Below the pieces are notes generated by a model. That model did no database searches and had not been told where the DNA came from. It was given only the letters and a program-made list of their open reading frames with translations. Shown here one piece after another: positions 50,809-63,065 of a DNA stretch of 64,000 nt. This DNA comes from Mytilus trossulus. Its lineage: Eukaryota. A program made the translations under genes and the position numbers. Each line of letters starts with the position of its first letter. The first letter of the stretch is position 1. The DNA lies in the NCBI RefSeq assembly GCF_036588685.1, contig NC_086373.1, forward strand, positions 106,454,001 to 106,518,000. The letters run 5' to 3'.

Positions 50809-53800
50809 ATGGCAGAGGAGGACGATAATTTTGTCAGTAAATTTACTGATTTGTCAACACTACCAGTCAATGGTCACGGAGGGCCAAACAGTGGGTCATC
50901 ACGACTGACTAACGGTCATGACAGGTAAGGCCAGTTACTCATTTTATATCATTTGAACTTTTCTGACCATCTCTAGATTCAATTCAAGAGGCGAGATAGG
51001 ACAATGCTCTCATTATATCTTTTTTCGAAAGTCCTATGCATTTCTTAAATAGCATTGTCCATAAATTAAAAATTCATAGGATGAGAAACAAAACTATTAA
51101 GGGAACAATAAAAAGAACTAGATAGTAGAGGAGGCACGAATACACGGACAGTGTACAGATATTAAGCAATCAAACGGGAAAAAATATATATAGAAAAACA
51201 CAAATTAAGAAAAACCACAAAACAAAACATACAATATAGATAAGTACAATAAAAAAAACATAAAAAAGAGAGAGAATGAAATTTGTACGATGCTGAAATT
51301 TTATGGTCCAGCTAAACAAACTAATACAAAATACACAGACAATGTATCAATATGACTTTATTTCTTTTCATTGATTATGAATTACTTTCATCAGTACCTA
51401 ATTAGTAGGCACTTTTTGTTCTATACTATTCAATATTGATCGTCTTATGTTAAGAGAGGGATTATTTTAAATCTAAGTTTCCTCGTATAACAAAACTTAA
51501 ACCGACTTATAGACAGACAGTTTAAACTGGACATTGATTTGTTTGAACTTGACCAGCTTTAAGGTAGGTTTACATCTAACATGTTGTGTATTGGTGTTTT
51601 TTCACAATGAGTGAGCAGACTTTTTATCCTTTTTCTGAAGTATACTATATTTTTGGAACATAGACAATGTAACACTATCTATATTTATATTGTTGAAATA
51701 CCAAGAGTGGATGTTTTAGCCCAACTACTCAAAAAACAAACACAAGACATTCACACTGTCCTTGTATTATTCTGATACAAAGCAAATGTCTACATGACAC
51801 ATATCTATGAAGTATAAAATATCACAAGATTATTTAGATTTAAAATTTCATTGAATATTTCCAGTTGACAAAATCTGTAACATTTTACCTACTCCTACTT
51901 TAAATGAATCATGTATTCTATTGGTTCATTCTATTTATAAATGAAGATTTAAACCTTTTATAGCTTATTAAATTGTGAATATAGATTAAAATCATAATAG
52001 TTAAAAACAAAGTATTTGGCTTGATAAGACTGAGGATCACATTAGTTGTGGGTGTTAGGAATCTTACTACAAAGTATATATAGTATTATATATACACATT
52101 TTATGGAATAATTTAGTCTACCTAACTGGAACAGAAATACATCAGTATGACAGGAGATTACAGGTATTTTCAAATATTTTAGTTTTTTATTTATTTATAT
52201 GATTGACCTTTTTTTTTTTCTCTTTTATGTGATGGACAATATGTTGATGATAGATCAGTCTAATAAACAAAATCAGAGATCTATAGTATTTTAAGTAGAT
52301 TGATGATAGATAAAACAAAATTCAGTGTTATGTTTCATTTCAGTACCAGAGAACTTCCACCAGTGCCAAATGACTTTCGTCCATCACTTCCAGTTAATCC
52401 ACCAAGGATGATTCCCCCACGGATAACAGTCAGCAGACCCCCATCAGGTAGATATAGAAAGTCTTAACTACTCTTTATGTTTTATTACGAGTCAGACTCT
52501 ATACTCGAGAGTAAATTAGGAATATCTCAAATAGACATTTATATTCGTTAACCAACGGACAATAGTCTAGAGACAAGCAGAATTAAATCAACATATATAC
52601 ATATAAAATATAAATAAATGAAAACAAATATAAGTATAAATAAAAGGTAGCTAACATAACGTGGTTACGCATTTTTTAACTCCAGTAAATGTTCAAAACT
52701 TCTTTAGTTCAGAGGGATTGATCATCATGTGATCTTTAACTTTATATGTAAGATATTAGGTCTGCTGACAACAGGAAATATAAATATATTTTTTTCTACT
52801 TTCGTCCAGTTATAGCAAGGTACGTACATAGAAAAAACAAATACCTGTCTGTTATTGTAAATTGTTATTACCCCAAGATGCCTTTTGGTTATTTTTGTGG
52901 TAGATTTGCTGTCTCATTGACATGCATCTCATATCACTTCTTATTAATATGTATTTACATTGCATTGATATTACACACACATGTATACTATAGTTTTCTA
53001 TATATCAAAATGATCTTTGAATATTTCGGATAAATGATATATTCGTATAAAAATTCAACAAACCAGAAATATCGAAGAAATAAATCACCAATAGTTTCTA
53101 TAACATCGCAGACCCAGTTTCCAAATTACCGTGACCTAGTATCCAATTGAACCAATTTTGTTAACAAATGCAGCCATAAATCTTTTTTTTTACAGATTTT
53201 TTTTAGAGAACAAACCATTTGTGTTGTTTTGTATGACCAATTATGGGCATTATGTTTTCTAGTGTGTGCTTTTGTTCGTTCGTGCGTCCGTTCGTCCGTC
53301 CGTCCGTCCGTCTGTCCCGCTCAGTCAAGTTAAAGTTTTTCGGCCGCTGTAGCTTTTGATGAAGTTGAAGTCCAATCAACTTGAAACTTAGTACTCATGT
53401 TCCCTATGATATAATCTTTTAATTTTTAATGCCAATTTGATATTTTACCCCATTTTCACGGTCCACTGAACATAGAAAATGATAGTGCAGATGGGGCATC
53501 CGTGTATACTATGGACACATTCTTGTGGGTTTTTTTTTATTATTATTTACCATTATACACGTCACTCAGTTTAGTTAAAAAAATAATTTCCACGAAATGA
53601 TCACATTATTTAACAACAAATAAAGTATTCAGTGAAAAAAAAGTAAAATCAATGAAAATGTCTCCTGCGACATTCACAAAAGTCAGCTGAAATTTGTCAC
53701 AAGCATCTATTTCTTACAAAGTGCACAGCATGGACTAATGTCAAATTGTTATGAAATCTGGACAAATAAAACAAAACAATCTTTTTTTATTTTTTATGGA

Positions 53801-54345
53801 TTTGTAGTTAAGCATGGCTGCAATTTAGATTTATGTACTTCTTATTATACAGACACATGGGTTGTACTGAGATCGGTCCAAACACATTTTTTTTCTGGTT
53901 TCACATGTATTCAAAATTAAACTTATGGAATTATATACTTTTATATTCAATAAGGATTAAAAATCTTCTCTTTTTCTTGAATAGACATAGGTGTTAACAT
54001 TGTCAAATGAGTATACTTGGATATATGTACACACACAAGTTCTGATTTACCCTAATGTTTATTTTTTCAGTAATTTCCAAGTTTATCCCAGAACATGAAA
54101 TAATCATTCCAAATGACGGGAACGTATCAAAGTTTACAGTAGAAGAACTCTTAACGTTCCTCAAACATATGGGAGTTAGTGATAGAATAGTTAACCATTT
54201 AAGGAAGAAAAGTGTGGACGGTAAAAGATTTTCAAGACTTAGTGATTCAGAATTGGAAAATGTGGGGATTAAAAATCCCATAATAATATATTTTAGAGAC
54301 AAAAGTAGTGCCAAATCTAAAAAGTCAGCACCATTTATGTTGTAA
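50809..54345 (+). CDS. SAM-domain adaptor B (about 164 aa), paralogue of adaptor A with a proline-rich middle exon
   Basis: Exons 50809-50924 (phase 2), 52344-52447 (phase 1) and 54071-54345, 495 nt in frame, with the same intron phases as adaptor A. The SAM exon aligns with A (IP.DG....F.VEE..TF...M...D.IV..L.KK.VDG..FS.L.D..LEN.GIKNPI...FRD.S....K..PFML*). The middle exon reads TRELPPVPNDFRPSLPVNPPRMIPPR. Confidence 0.75.
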
Positions 54346-57269
54346 CTCATAAGTCCCTTATAACATTCTCATACTTACCATATACTTTTGTTTTGTTATA
54401 TGCTATCGTTACATAACTCACATGTATTGTTTTATCCTAAAATATGAATACTTTTGGAGTTTCTCGTCACAACGAAGAAGATAAAAATGACCAGTATTGG
54501 CCAAATCCATGTGTTAATTATATATCATATATACATATAGTGACAGCATGGACGACAAATAATCAGCATTTATTTATGTAAACGGGTATACAAGTACATT
54601 CATAAAATACATGGTGGTTTAAGACTATGCATTTTGTGATTTGTGAGTGTATTTTTTTTTAATTGACTTAAACATACATTGATCTGTATTTTATCATTCG
54701 GCCAAGATTTGCATTGGGTTTATGAAAAGCAGAAAATGTATAATTATTTACAAATAACTATGCAGGGTTTCTATATATAATTATTGTATATGTTTATTAA
54801 TACCGCTATTTATGAATTTGACTAGGTTATATATAATGTTGTTAGTAAATTTATCTTTCTGAGTAACGAATAATGAATTTGTTAATGTACTCTATCATAA
54901 TAATGTATCATGGTACAACTTGACATTAGATGAGGAAGAATTGAGCCATGTTGCTCTCACATTGAAACAATTGATCTCCTGTTGTAGACCTAATGTATTT
55001 ATATAACCATATCCATTCAAATTTCATAAAAAAAAGTTGCTGCCACTTGACTGTGTACTGTCGGTCAATACAAGCTTGGAAACAAAAAAGTAAATTATAT
55101 AGGTTAACTATTCTAATATATATAGATATGTTGTTAATTATTACACATATGGCAGTTTTTGCTGTTAAATGTTAAAACTAAAAGGTTTTTGTCCAAGCAA
55201 TTAATGTATTTATTAAGTGCGTATTCCGTAATTCTGTGTATCACGGCATAAGAAGTTATTATTCGTTATCCTCCCACCTAAGTCAACTTGAGTCGTCTGA
55301 AGAATTGCTATTTTTCAATTTATGTTACTCGTTTTTTGTATGATCTTCAAATCTAGACAAAAACTTCGTTATAAAATAATATTTCGTGTTGCTAGTTTTC
55401 ACTGCTGACTAGAAGCTGTACTTATAAACGGCCACTCAGACCATTTGCATATTTTAAAAGGGTATACATTTAACACGAAAATATAAAATATACATTGTAT
55501 GTAATTTTAATAGGCTGTTCTCCTTCAACAAAGATAAATATACACAATAAAGGATAAATGGTACATATATCGTTAGTAAAATCGACCTAGAAAAACTGAA
55601 AAATGATATCAAACCTGTATTCAACACACGAATTTGTCACAAAGGAACGGATGATATTACACTACAGGTATAGACATAATAAATAAAATTTTCTTATTTA
55701 AATGCGAGATCAAAATTCATCTGTTCTATTTGAAAATCCCAGTCCCATTTATCCTGCTCCGGGGCAACACTCAAACGATGGCTGTTGTCATTTACTTAAA
55801 GATGCTTCAAATTAATTTATCATAATCAAAAATTAATCAAACCAAAGATGTGTTCCACTGATATTCTTACATAAAAATTTCAGGTTTCTGCCATCATTTG
55901 AAAGTATTTTACATTAAAAATTAACTTATGTGATAGTTTCGAAAACTGTACATGTTTCATGAAGGGACTATATCGAACATTGTCATTATGATGAAATATT
56001 GTAGTTGGTAAAAAATGTCTACATTAAATTTCGATCATATTTTACAAAAACATATATAATTTTTGCCGATTTCAATTTACTCTTTGTAAGTTTGAACTTT
56101 GGTTTTTGTTTATAAAAATTGTTAACTTTGTTCATGTATAAAATATGATGTTATTTTTATATTTAAGTATGTCTTTACAATGCATTTACTATTGTTTAAA
56201 ATTAATAAAACGTGTTATAATATTTTTCTTCTAGTAATGCCTACGAACTATGGTGCATCTCGTAGGGTTGTCACTTGTTTTAAGAGAATCGCTATTTGTC
56301 AAAGAAGGGATGTAGTGTTTTGACACATGTTATAATATCATCATATCTACATGCAGCGTACAAAACTCAAAGCAAGGAAAGTATTGGTCGTTGTTTTATT
56401 TGTTGTTGTTGTTTTTAATTTGGCAGTTTGTCGTCTCAAAGTCAGTCATCGGAGACTTCTCCAGGAGCAGAAGTTCACACCTCGCTGCAAGGTCAAGACG
56501 GACTCTTTCAGTCCCGTTGTGTGGAATTCGATGTCTCTTCGCCATTCCTGTGCATTGAAGACTTTCGTACAACATACGCAGGGAAATAAAATAGAAAAAA
56601 TCAGACTAGAATTACATCACAATTAGTCCGATAATCTAATTCAAACATGCAAAAGCTATGCAGACATTTAGACGATCACAGAACACATAAAGTGTTGCCA
56701 TCGAACAGGTTTGATTAGGATCTTATGTATGCATATGATAGTTTTGGTGAATACACAGACCTAAAGCGAAGAATTAAAGTAGTGCATGCAACGAACATTA
56801 GCAGTGATTTCGTCTAAACACCATAAAGCTTAACTGTCAAATTAACTTTATAAGGCATCATGACACAAACTGCGTACCTGTACTAAACAACACCAACACG
56901 AAGGGAAACGTGCTATACATTGTGGTTTTTTTTTCGGTGAACCTTTCAATACGATGAAAAAGCTCGAATAATACTGCAGGTTTGAAGAATTATATATTCC
57001 ATAAATTATTTTGGGATAAAATCTTTGCTAGATGTCGATAATGCCAAACATGCGAGGACTGTCGCATACATATACAATTCAGCAATAAGGGTAATAGTAA
57101 TTTGTCTTGATCGGGCTTGATCGAGTTGACCTGATCGGCAGTGTGAACCTAGCTTTATGCAACGCTCTATTTCCTTGCCCGATTTTGACTATGCTTTTTG
57201 TCTTTTTTTTGGTTTGAAGTGGTTCATCTCTTTAATTGTATACTTAATTTTAACATATTTTGGCCTTGA

Positions 57270-57313
57270 GCATCACTGACGAGACATTGGTTGTCGAAAT
57301 GCGCATCTGGTGC
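57270..57313 (+). ncRNA. Minimal type I hammerhead ribozyme (intact core, different subfamily)
   Basis: gcatca-CTGACGA-gaca(ttggt)tgtc-GAAA-t(gcgc)a-TC-tggtgc, with compensatory stem changes relative to the 38116 copy. Confidence 0.8.
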
Positions 57314-58622
57314 AGTACCATTGGTACCATTTATGTTATCGAATAAATTAAATGCAGAAATGGTTTTATGGTATGACAGGTGATGTATAGCCGGAGAATC
57401 TTTCTCGGTCGAGGTACATTTCAATTGACATTAGTATAGTACCAACTTTCATTTTCCTGACATTAAAGAATCGTTCTCTGTGATTTGCAATTAGTACTTT
57501 GCAACACACATTTGTATCAATCTAAATGATAAAAAGAACATAATGTAGTCACTGAATCAGCATAATTGATAGGTAGTGCACTTGGCAACTCACGATTAAC
57601 AAGGTAGACAAACTCATCAATTGATTTATTTCATTCACATATTCGTCAACACAGCATTGCATGCATCTTTCGTGAAACATGAATAAATACTCATGGTATT
57701 GAGCTTATAAAACATCGAGCATATGCTAAAAATGCAGAGAAAACACTGCCTAGCCTTTACACAATATGATATCATTAGGTACCTTATGGTTGGTTTTGTC
57801 TGTGTCTTTATGTTTTTTCCTTTTAAGATTTATTCACAACTTGACGTATGTTTTGTATAATTTATAAAAGATTTAGTGTGCAAACCTAAAGACTAACACA
57901 ACTGTTGCTACCCAGGTCACAAAACTGGTTACGTATTCACAGACGAAAAAGAACACTTAGTCTAATTAGATACCTAGTATTAGGTTATCCCTATACTTAA
58001 TATATTTAAATAGGGTTCGATTAATAATATTTTCTCGAAACTTCATAAGAGAAACTTTTAAAAATGTTTCAATCTTTTAATTCTGGTCATTACAGTAATT
58101 TAAATGATCTGTTTAATGATAATTGTATGTGACATATTTAACCGATGGTCATTCATGTAACATTCATGACCCATGGCAATTCATTATGTCAAAATAGATT
58201 TGAAATGTTGCCATATGATAGATGTACACAGCTAATATTCTCACTTCTACAGCGTGTTTAACCGATGTTATAATAATTGCTTCATGTCTTACAAATCTCA
58301 GAATCATAATTCGCATATTACAAACACCTGTTGTCAAGGAGACAAAAATTATCAAAATACTAACTAACATCTGAAAGTGATCAGTTCATTAATACAAACG
58401 TCGAAATGATCAGAACATCTCTGTTTGAATTCATGCTTTTAACGCATTTTCTTTTCATATATCAGTTTCTGAGATTCTGAGATTCCATCATCATCACAGA
58501 ACAAGTCACATTAAGCTGACATGGGAGATAACCGTACTATAATAACGGGCGACGTTTACCTTGATAAATGTGATATCTGAAAAACTTAAATATTGTTATC
58601 GGCCAGGTAATAAAAACAAAAC

Positions 58623-61600
58623 ATGGCGGATAATAATGAAAGGACTAAAAACAGCACAGTTTTTACGCTGAAGGATTTCACGGAATGTTTCACACCACCT
58701 AAAACATTCAAAGTTCTAGGGGGACGTGGATTGTACAGTAATGCCCATACTACCGCACTCCGAGTGGGTGACTCTTTATACCTACATACCTTAGCGGTTG
58801 AGTGGATATGTTTGTCATTTTTTGACACAGACACAGGTATACGACGTGAGGTAAAGGTCCCTCCAGACAGTCACATTAAATTCAATATCGTACACAGATC
58901 AGAAGAAGCTTTTCAAAGGATTTACACTACAGTAGGTGAACTATTAGAGGCCTGGCCGACAAGATTTCAAGCCAACTATGGACGAGAGGATCCCTATCTT
59001 CCTCAAATATTCAGGAAAGGTGAACGGTTTAGATTCATTCGGAGAGCTCAGAATCCAAAGGACAGGAAACTGTGTTTAGAATGTGAGGACGAATCTGGAC
59101 ATATTTTGACCTTACCCGGTAATTGTAGAGGGGATTTCACTGTACTGGACGATCCCAAGTCTTATAATCTCCAGGAAATTGTGGCCTTCGGGGATACGGA
59201 AAGGAAATTAAAATTTTCAGAGGAAAATATTCAGTTAATAGCTGTTGATAACGATGAAAGTTCATTCTATACAAATGTAGGCAATAACGGAGAAATTTTA
59301 ACCAAGCTAACAGGACTACCTCTGACTTATAAAGGTCTGATTACTATGCGCAAACCTAACTTCTTTGTTATTGTTTCACCACAAGATAATCACGATATAA
59401 AGTGGAAAATATCACTCGAAGACGAAATAGAAGTGATGGATCAGCTAGACGACTTTCTACCATCAACCAGAGACATGCCTCTGAATGAATTCATAGACAA
59501 TTTCGAGTTAGACCTTCCTGTTATTGCAAGAATCTCTAATTACGGCAATAAAATAACTCGTTTCGAAGATCATCTTTCTCCTGGAACTGAAGTAATTATT
59601 CATCGTTTTGATAAAGATGTTGATAGAATTCTTGCAAGTACCAAATGTGATATATTTAGTTTAGGAAGTGATGTTCAGGGTAAATTCGACAAATGTAGCA
59701 GACGTTTTAATTCCGTTCAAGCAGTTTTAGACACACGAGAAAAGATCAAACTCAAAGTAACAGAATCAATAGCATGCGATGTTCCAGAACCTTTCTGTTT
59801 AAAATGCGGCGACATTCTTAAATGCACAAATTTTAACATACAAAACGTGAAAATAAGATATGGCAAAAAAGTATATGGTGAATGTCAAGTTGTTCAGTGG
59901 GACATATTAGATGACACTGGTGGTCGTGCAATAATTAAACTACCTGCAGATCTTGAAGTGACGTTGCTAGAAATTGCAGAAGACGACGGTTTTGATGTGT
60001 CGAACATTTTACAGTATCGCGTTGAAGTGCCTATGGACGCTTATTCATTAGATAGTGATAGCTTTGTGCCATTTAATCAAAGTATCCGTTTCGAGCATTA
60101 CGTTTCTGACCCTCTTGTACTCATTTCGCCTATACCTCGCAATTCTGATACAAAACACTCATGTCTCGATGCCAAAATTGACCTTTGTTTAATGGTGCCT
60201 TTACGTCATGACTTGACATTACATCTCAGAGAACGATTGCATTTCCCACCTAGTTACTTCATACTGCCAAGACGGAAGAAATGGCTGTCAACGGGACCAG
60301 AGAAAATATCACTTGAAATATACAACAATTTAATAAAATATAATGATCAAGCTTACGAAGATTATGAATGCAAAGATGAACAAGTTGATACTGCCTCAGG
60401 AAATACTAATTTTGTCGACAGGTAAATTCTTTTGTCATGTGTAACAATATATTTGTTTAATAGTATATTTACTATATATATTTATGCATACAAAGGTATA
60501 GTGTACTATCAATGTACTATCAACACTTAATATCGACAGCAAAAGAAAAGTTATTGGCCAAGATTGGTGACCCTATAGACCGAAGAGATAGCCGAAAACG
60601 AAATATACTTAAGCAAAATAAATAAATATCCAACATCAAAAAGAAAAGACTGAAAGAAATATGGTCTTCGCTTCATTAAAAGCAACCGAATAAATGGTAT
60701 CCCGAGTTTAAATTGTCTTTCATATTTGCACTTGAACTTATAATTGACATTATTTACATTGAACCACTGATAAACCCTTTTACGTGTTATTCATGAATTA
60801 GAAGTGAAAAAAGTCTCGAAAAAGTCCGATTGTCATTTTTATTCCACACTACTGTCATAAGTGTGATGTAGTCTTATTTGTGCTGTGTAGTGTTATAGAG
60901 TACACTTAGATGTGAATTTCTATCTTATATATATATATATATATGACTCTTGTACATTTTTATACACTTGTCTGTCTTAGGATAATAACGTCTTTTTTCG
61001 AGTATTCGAATTTCTTTTCTAAGGACAGTACAACTTATCATTAACAAATTTGCCGTTTGCTCGTTTTGAATTTTTCTCGGAGTTCGGTATTTTTGGGGAT
61101 TTTACTTTTTAAAATCAAATGGAAATAACTCTTCATTTCGTTCGTTTGAACAACACTCTAAACGAATAACTGATATAACATCGTCTACTGTTATTTATTT
61201 ATAGGATGAGGGATGGCGTTCGACGTTTATCTAAATTATCACTGAAGATGACAAGGTCAACAAGTCAAATTAATGTACCAGACGAGGAGAAAACACCTGA
61301 CCTTAGACGAAACTACTCTTTCCAAAGCGAAACAAATATTCCTGGAGTATCTAACAATTTATATGAAAGTGACCCCAGATACAACGGTTTGTTCATATAA
61401 AGTCACATGCATGTCATAAACTCTATCTAGAAATAGTAATTTGAGACTCATCTAAAACTTCTCCTTAACACATCTAACACTTCTCCTTAACACATCTAAA
61501 ACTTCTCATGAAATCATCTAACTACACTTCTTAAACACTTAACACTCATCCTGAACACATCTTGTACTTCTGAACACACCTAACACTTCTTCTGAACACA

Positions 61601-63065
61601 TCTAACACTTCTCCAGAACACATCTAACACTCATGAATACATCTAACCCTCTCAAGAACACATTTAAAACCACTCCTGAACCGTCAAACACTTCTCCAGA
61701 ACATATCTCACACTTCTCCTGAACACATTTTACACTTCTGAACACATTTTGCACCACTCTTCAACACATCTATCACTTCTCCTGAACACATCTTTAACAT
61801 CACTCCGAATCACACCTCACACTTCTCCTGAACACATCTTTTACATCACTCCAAGGACGTATAACTAACATCTAATATACGTCCTTGATCACGCCTAAAC
61901 ACATCAAACATCACTCCTAAACACGTCTAACACCTTTCCTGAACACATTTTACACCACTCTTTATTACATCATACACCTTTCCTGAACACATCTTACATC
62001 ACTCATGATCCCATCTAAAACTTCTCTAGAACACTTCTAATACTTCTGAACACATCCAACACTTCTCCTGAACACATCCAACACTTCTCCTGAACACATC
62101 CAACACTTCTCCTGAACATCCAACACTTCTCCTGAACACATCTAACACTTCTCCTGAACACATCTAACACTTCTCCTGATAACACACCTGACACTTCTAC
62201 TTCTCCAGGAACACACCTGACACTTCCACTTCTCCTGGACACATCTAACACATCTAAACACATATTACACCACACTCCTGAAAACATCTAAAAAACTCAA
62301 TATAACGCTGTTTCTGTCAATGTAGTAAATAAATGATTAAATAACGAAGACCAAAATTGAAAAAAAACACTCTTGAAAGACGAAAATCATCCGATACAAT
62401 TTTATTTCATATGCCAGTAATAAATTAATTCTTGAAAGCTACTGTCTTTTGGCACAGTGTTAATATCACACTGTTGGAACATGTCATATTGTGAAGACCA
62501 ACTTGAATTTTGTTTCTTCTCTAAAATGTGTAATGCAGAATAATTTTCGACTGTCAAATTAAATCATTCTAATTATTTTTTTCAGATGACAATATCTATG
62601 AAGATTACTCAGGTGCTATTCGACGTCCAGAGAAAAATAGTAAGTATATAATACACACAAAGTACCAACAGACAATAACAAGACAAACAATATTCATCAC
62701 AGCATTAAATCGAAATATTAAGATTTAGCGTTACGAACCTCACATAAACCTGGGTGTCAACATGTTACAACCCATCATTGTGATGAACCAATATGAATAC
62801 ACTCTGCGTCTGAGAAAAGGGGGACAAGATGTGTTAGACTAACATAGGGAGACGGAAATGATGATTGCAATATAATGGGTACCGACAAGTTCTATGTAAC
62901 ACGAATAAAAAGATGTATAATAACTGACAAATAGTACTTTATTATGCGATCAATTTGTTTGCTATTCAGAAATCAATTGCTGAAATAATTTATTTGAATT
63001 GTTTTACAGAACAATCCGTTGGTAGAAAACTTCTACGGAGACTGTCCAAGAGAGGGAAGAGGTGA
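58623..63065 (+). CDS. THEMIS-like protein with two tandem CABIT domains (696 aa, 4 coding exons)
   Basis: Exons 58623-60421, 61205-61386, 62586-62639 and 63010-63065; 2091 nt, phases consistent. CABIT1: FTLKDFTECFTPPKTFKV..LRVGDSLYLH..YTTVGELLEAWP..KGERF..LECEDESGHILTLPGNCRGDF..YNLQEIV. CABIT2: LNEFIDNFELDLPVIARI..LSPGTEVIIHR..RILAS..GKFDKCSRRFNSV..LKCGDIL..IKLP. Domain call is from remembered family motifs. Confidence 0.85.
61448..62290. repeat. Degenerate about 22-bp tandem repeat after exon 2 of the CABIT gene
   Basis: Recurring AACACATCTAACACTTCTCCTG with strong CA/CT strand bias. Confidence 0.9.

Noticed and set aside
44869-54350. Minus-strand ORFs 44869-45186 and 54003-54350 resembling each other
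   Set aside because: They are antisense shadows of the two paralogous SAM exons.
56351-56626. 91-aa ORF with a hydrophobic N-terminus (possible secreted peptide)
   Set aside because: The hydrophobic stretch comes from a (GTT)n microsatellite; there is no recognisable family, and it is more likely a transposon remnant.
61387-61400. Stop at 61400 as the end of the CABIT gene
   Set aside because: A donor at 61387 joins in phase to two further exons with good splice sites that repeat the YEDY and RRLSK motifs. A short isoform remains possible.
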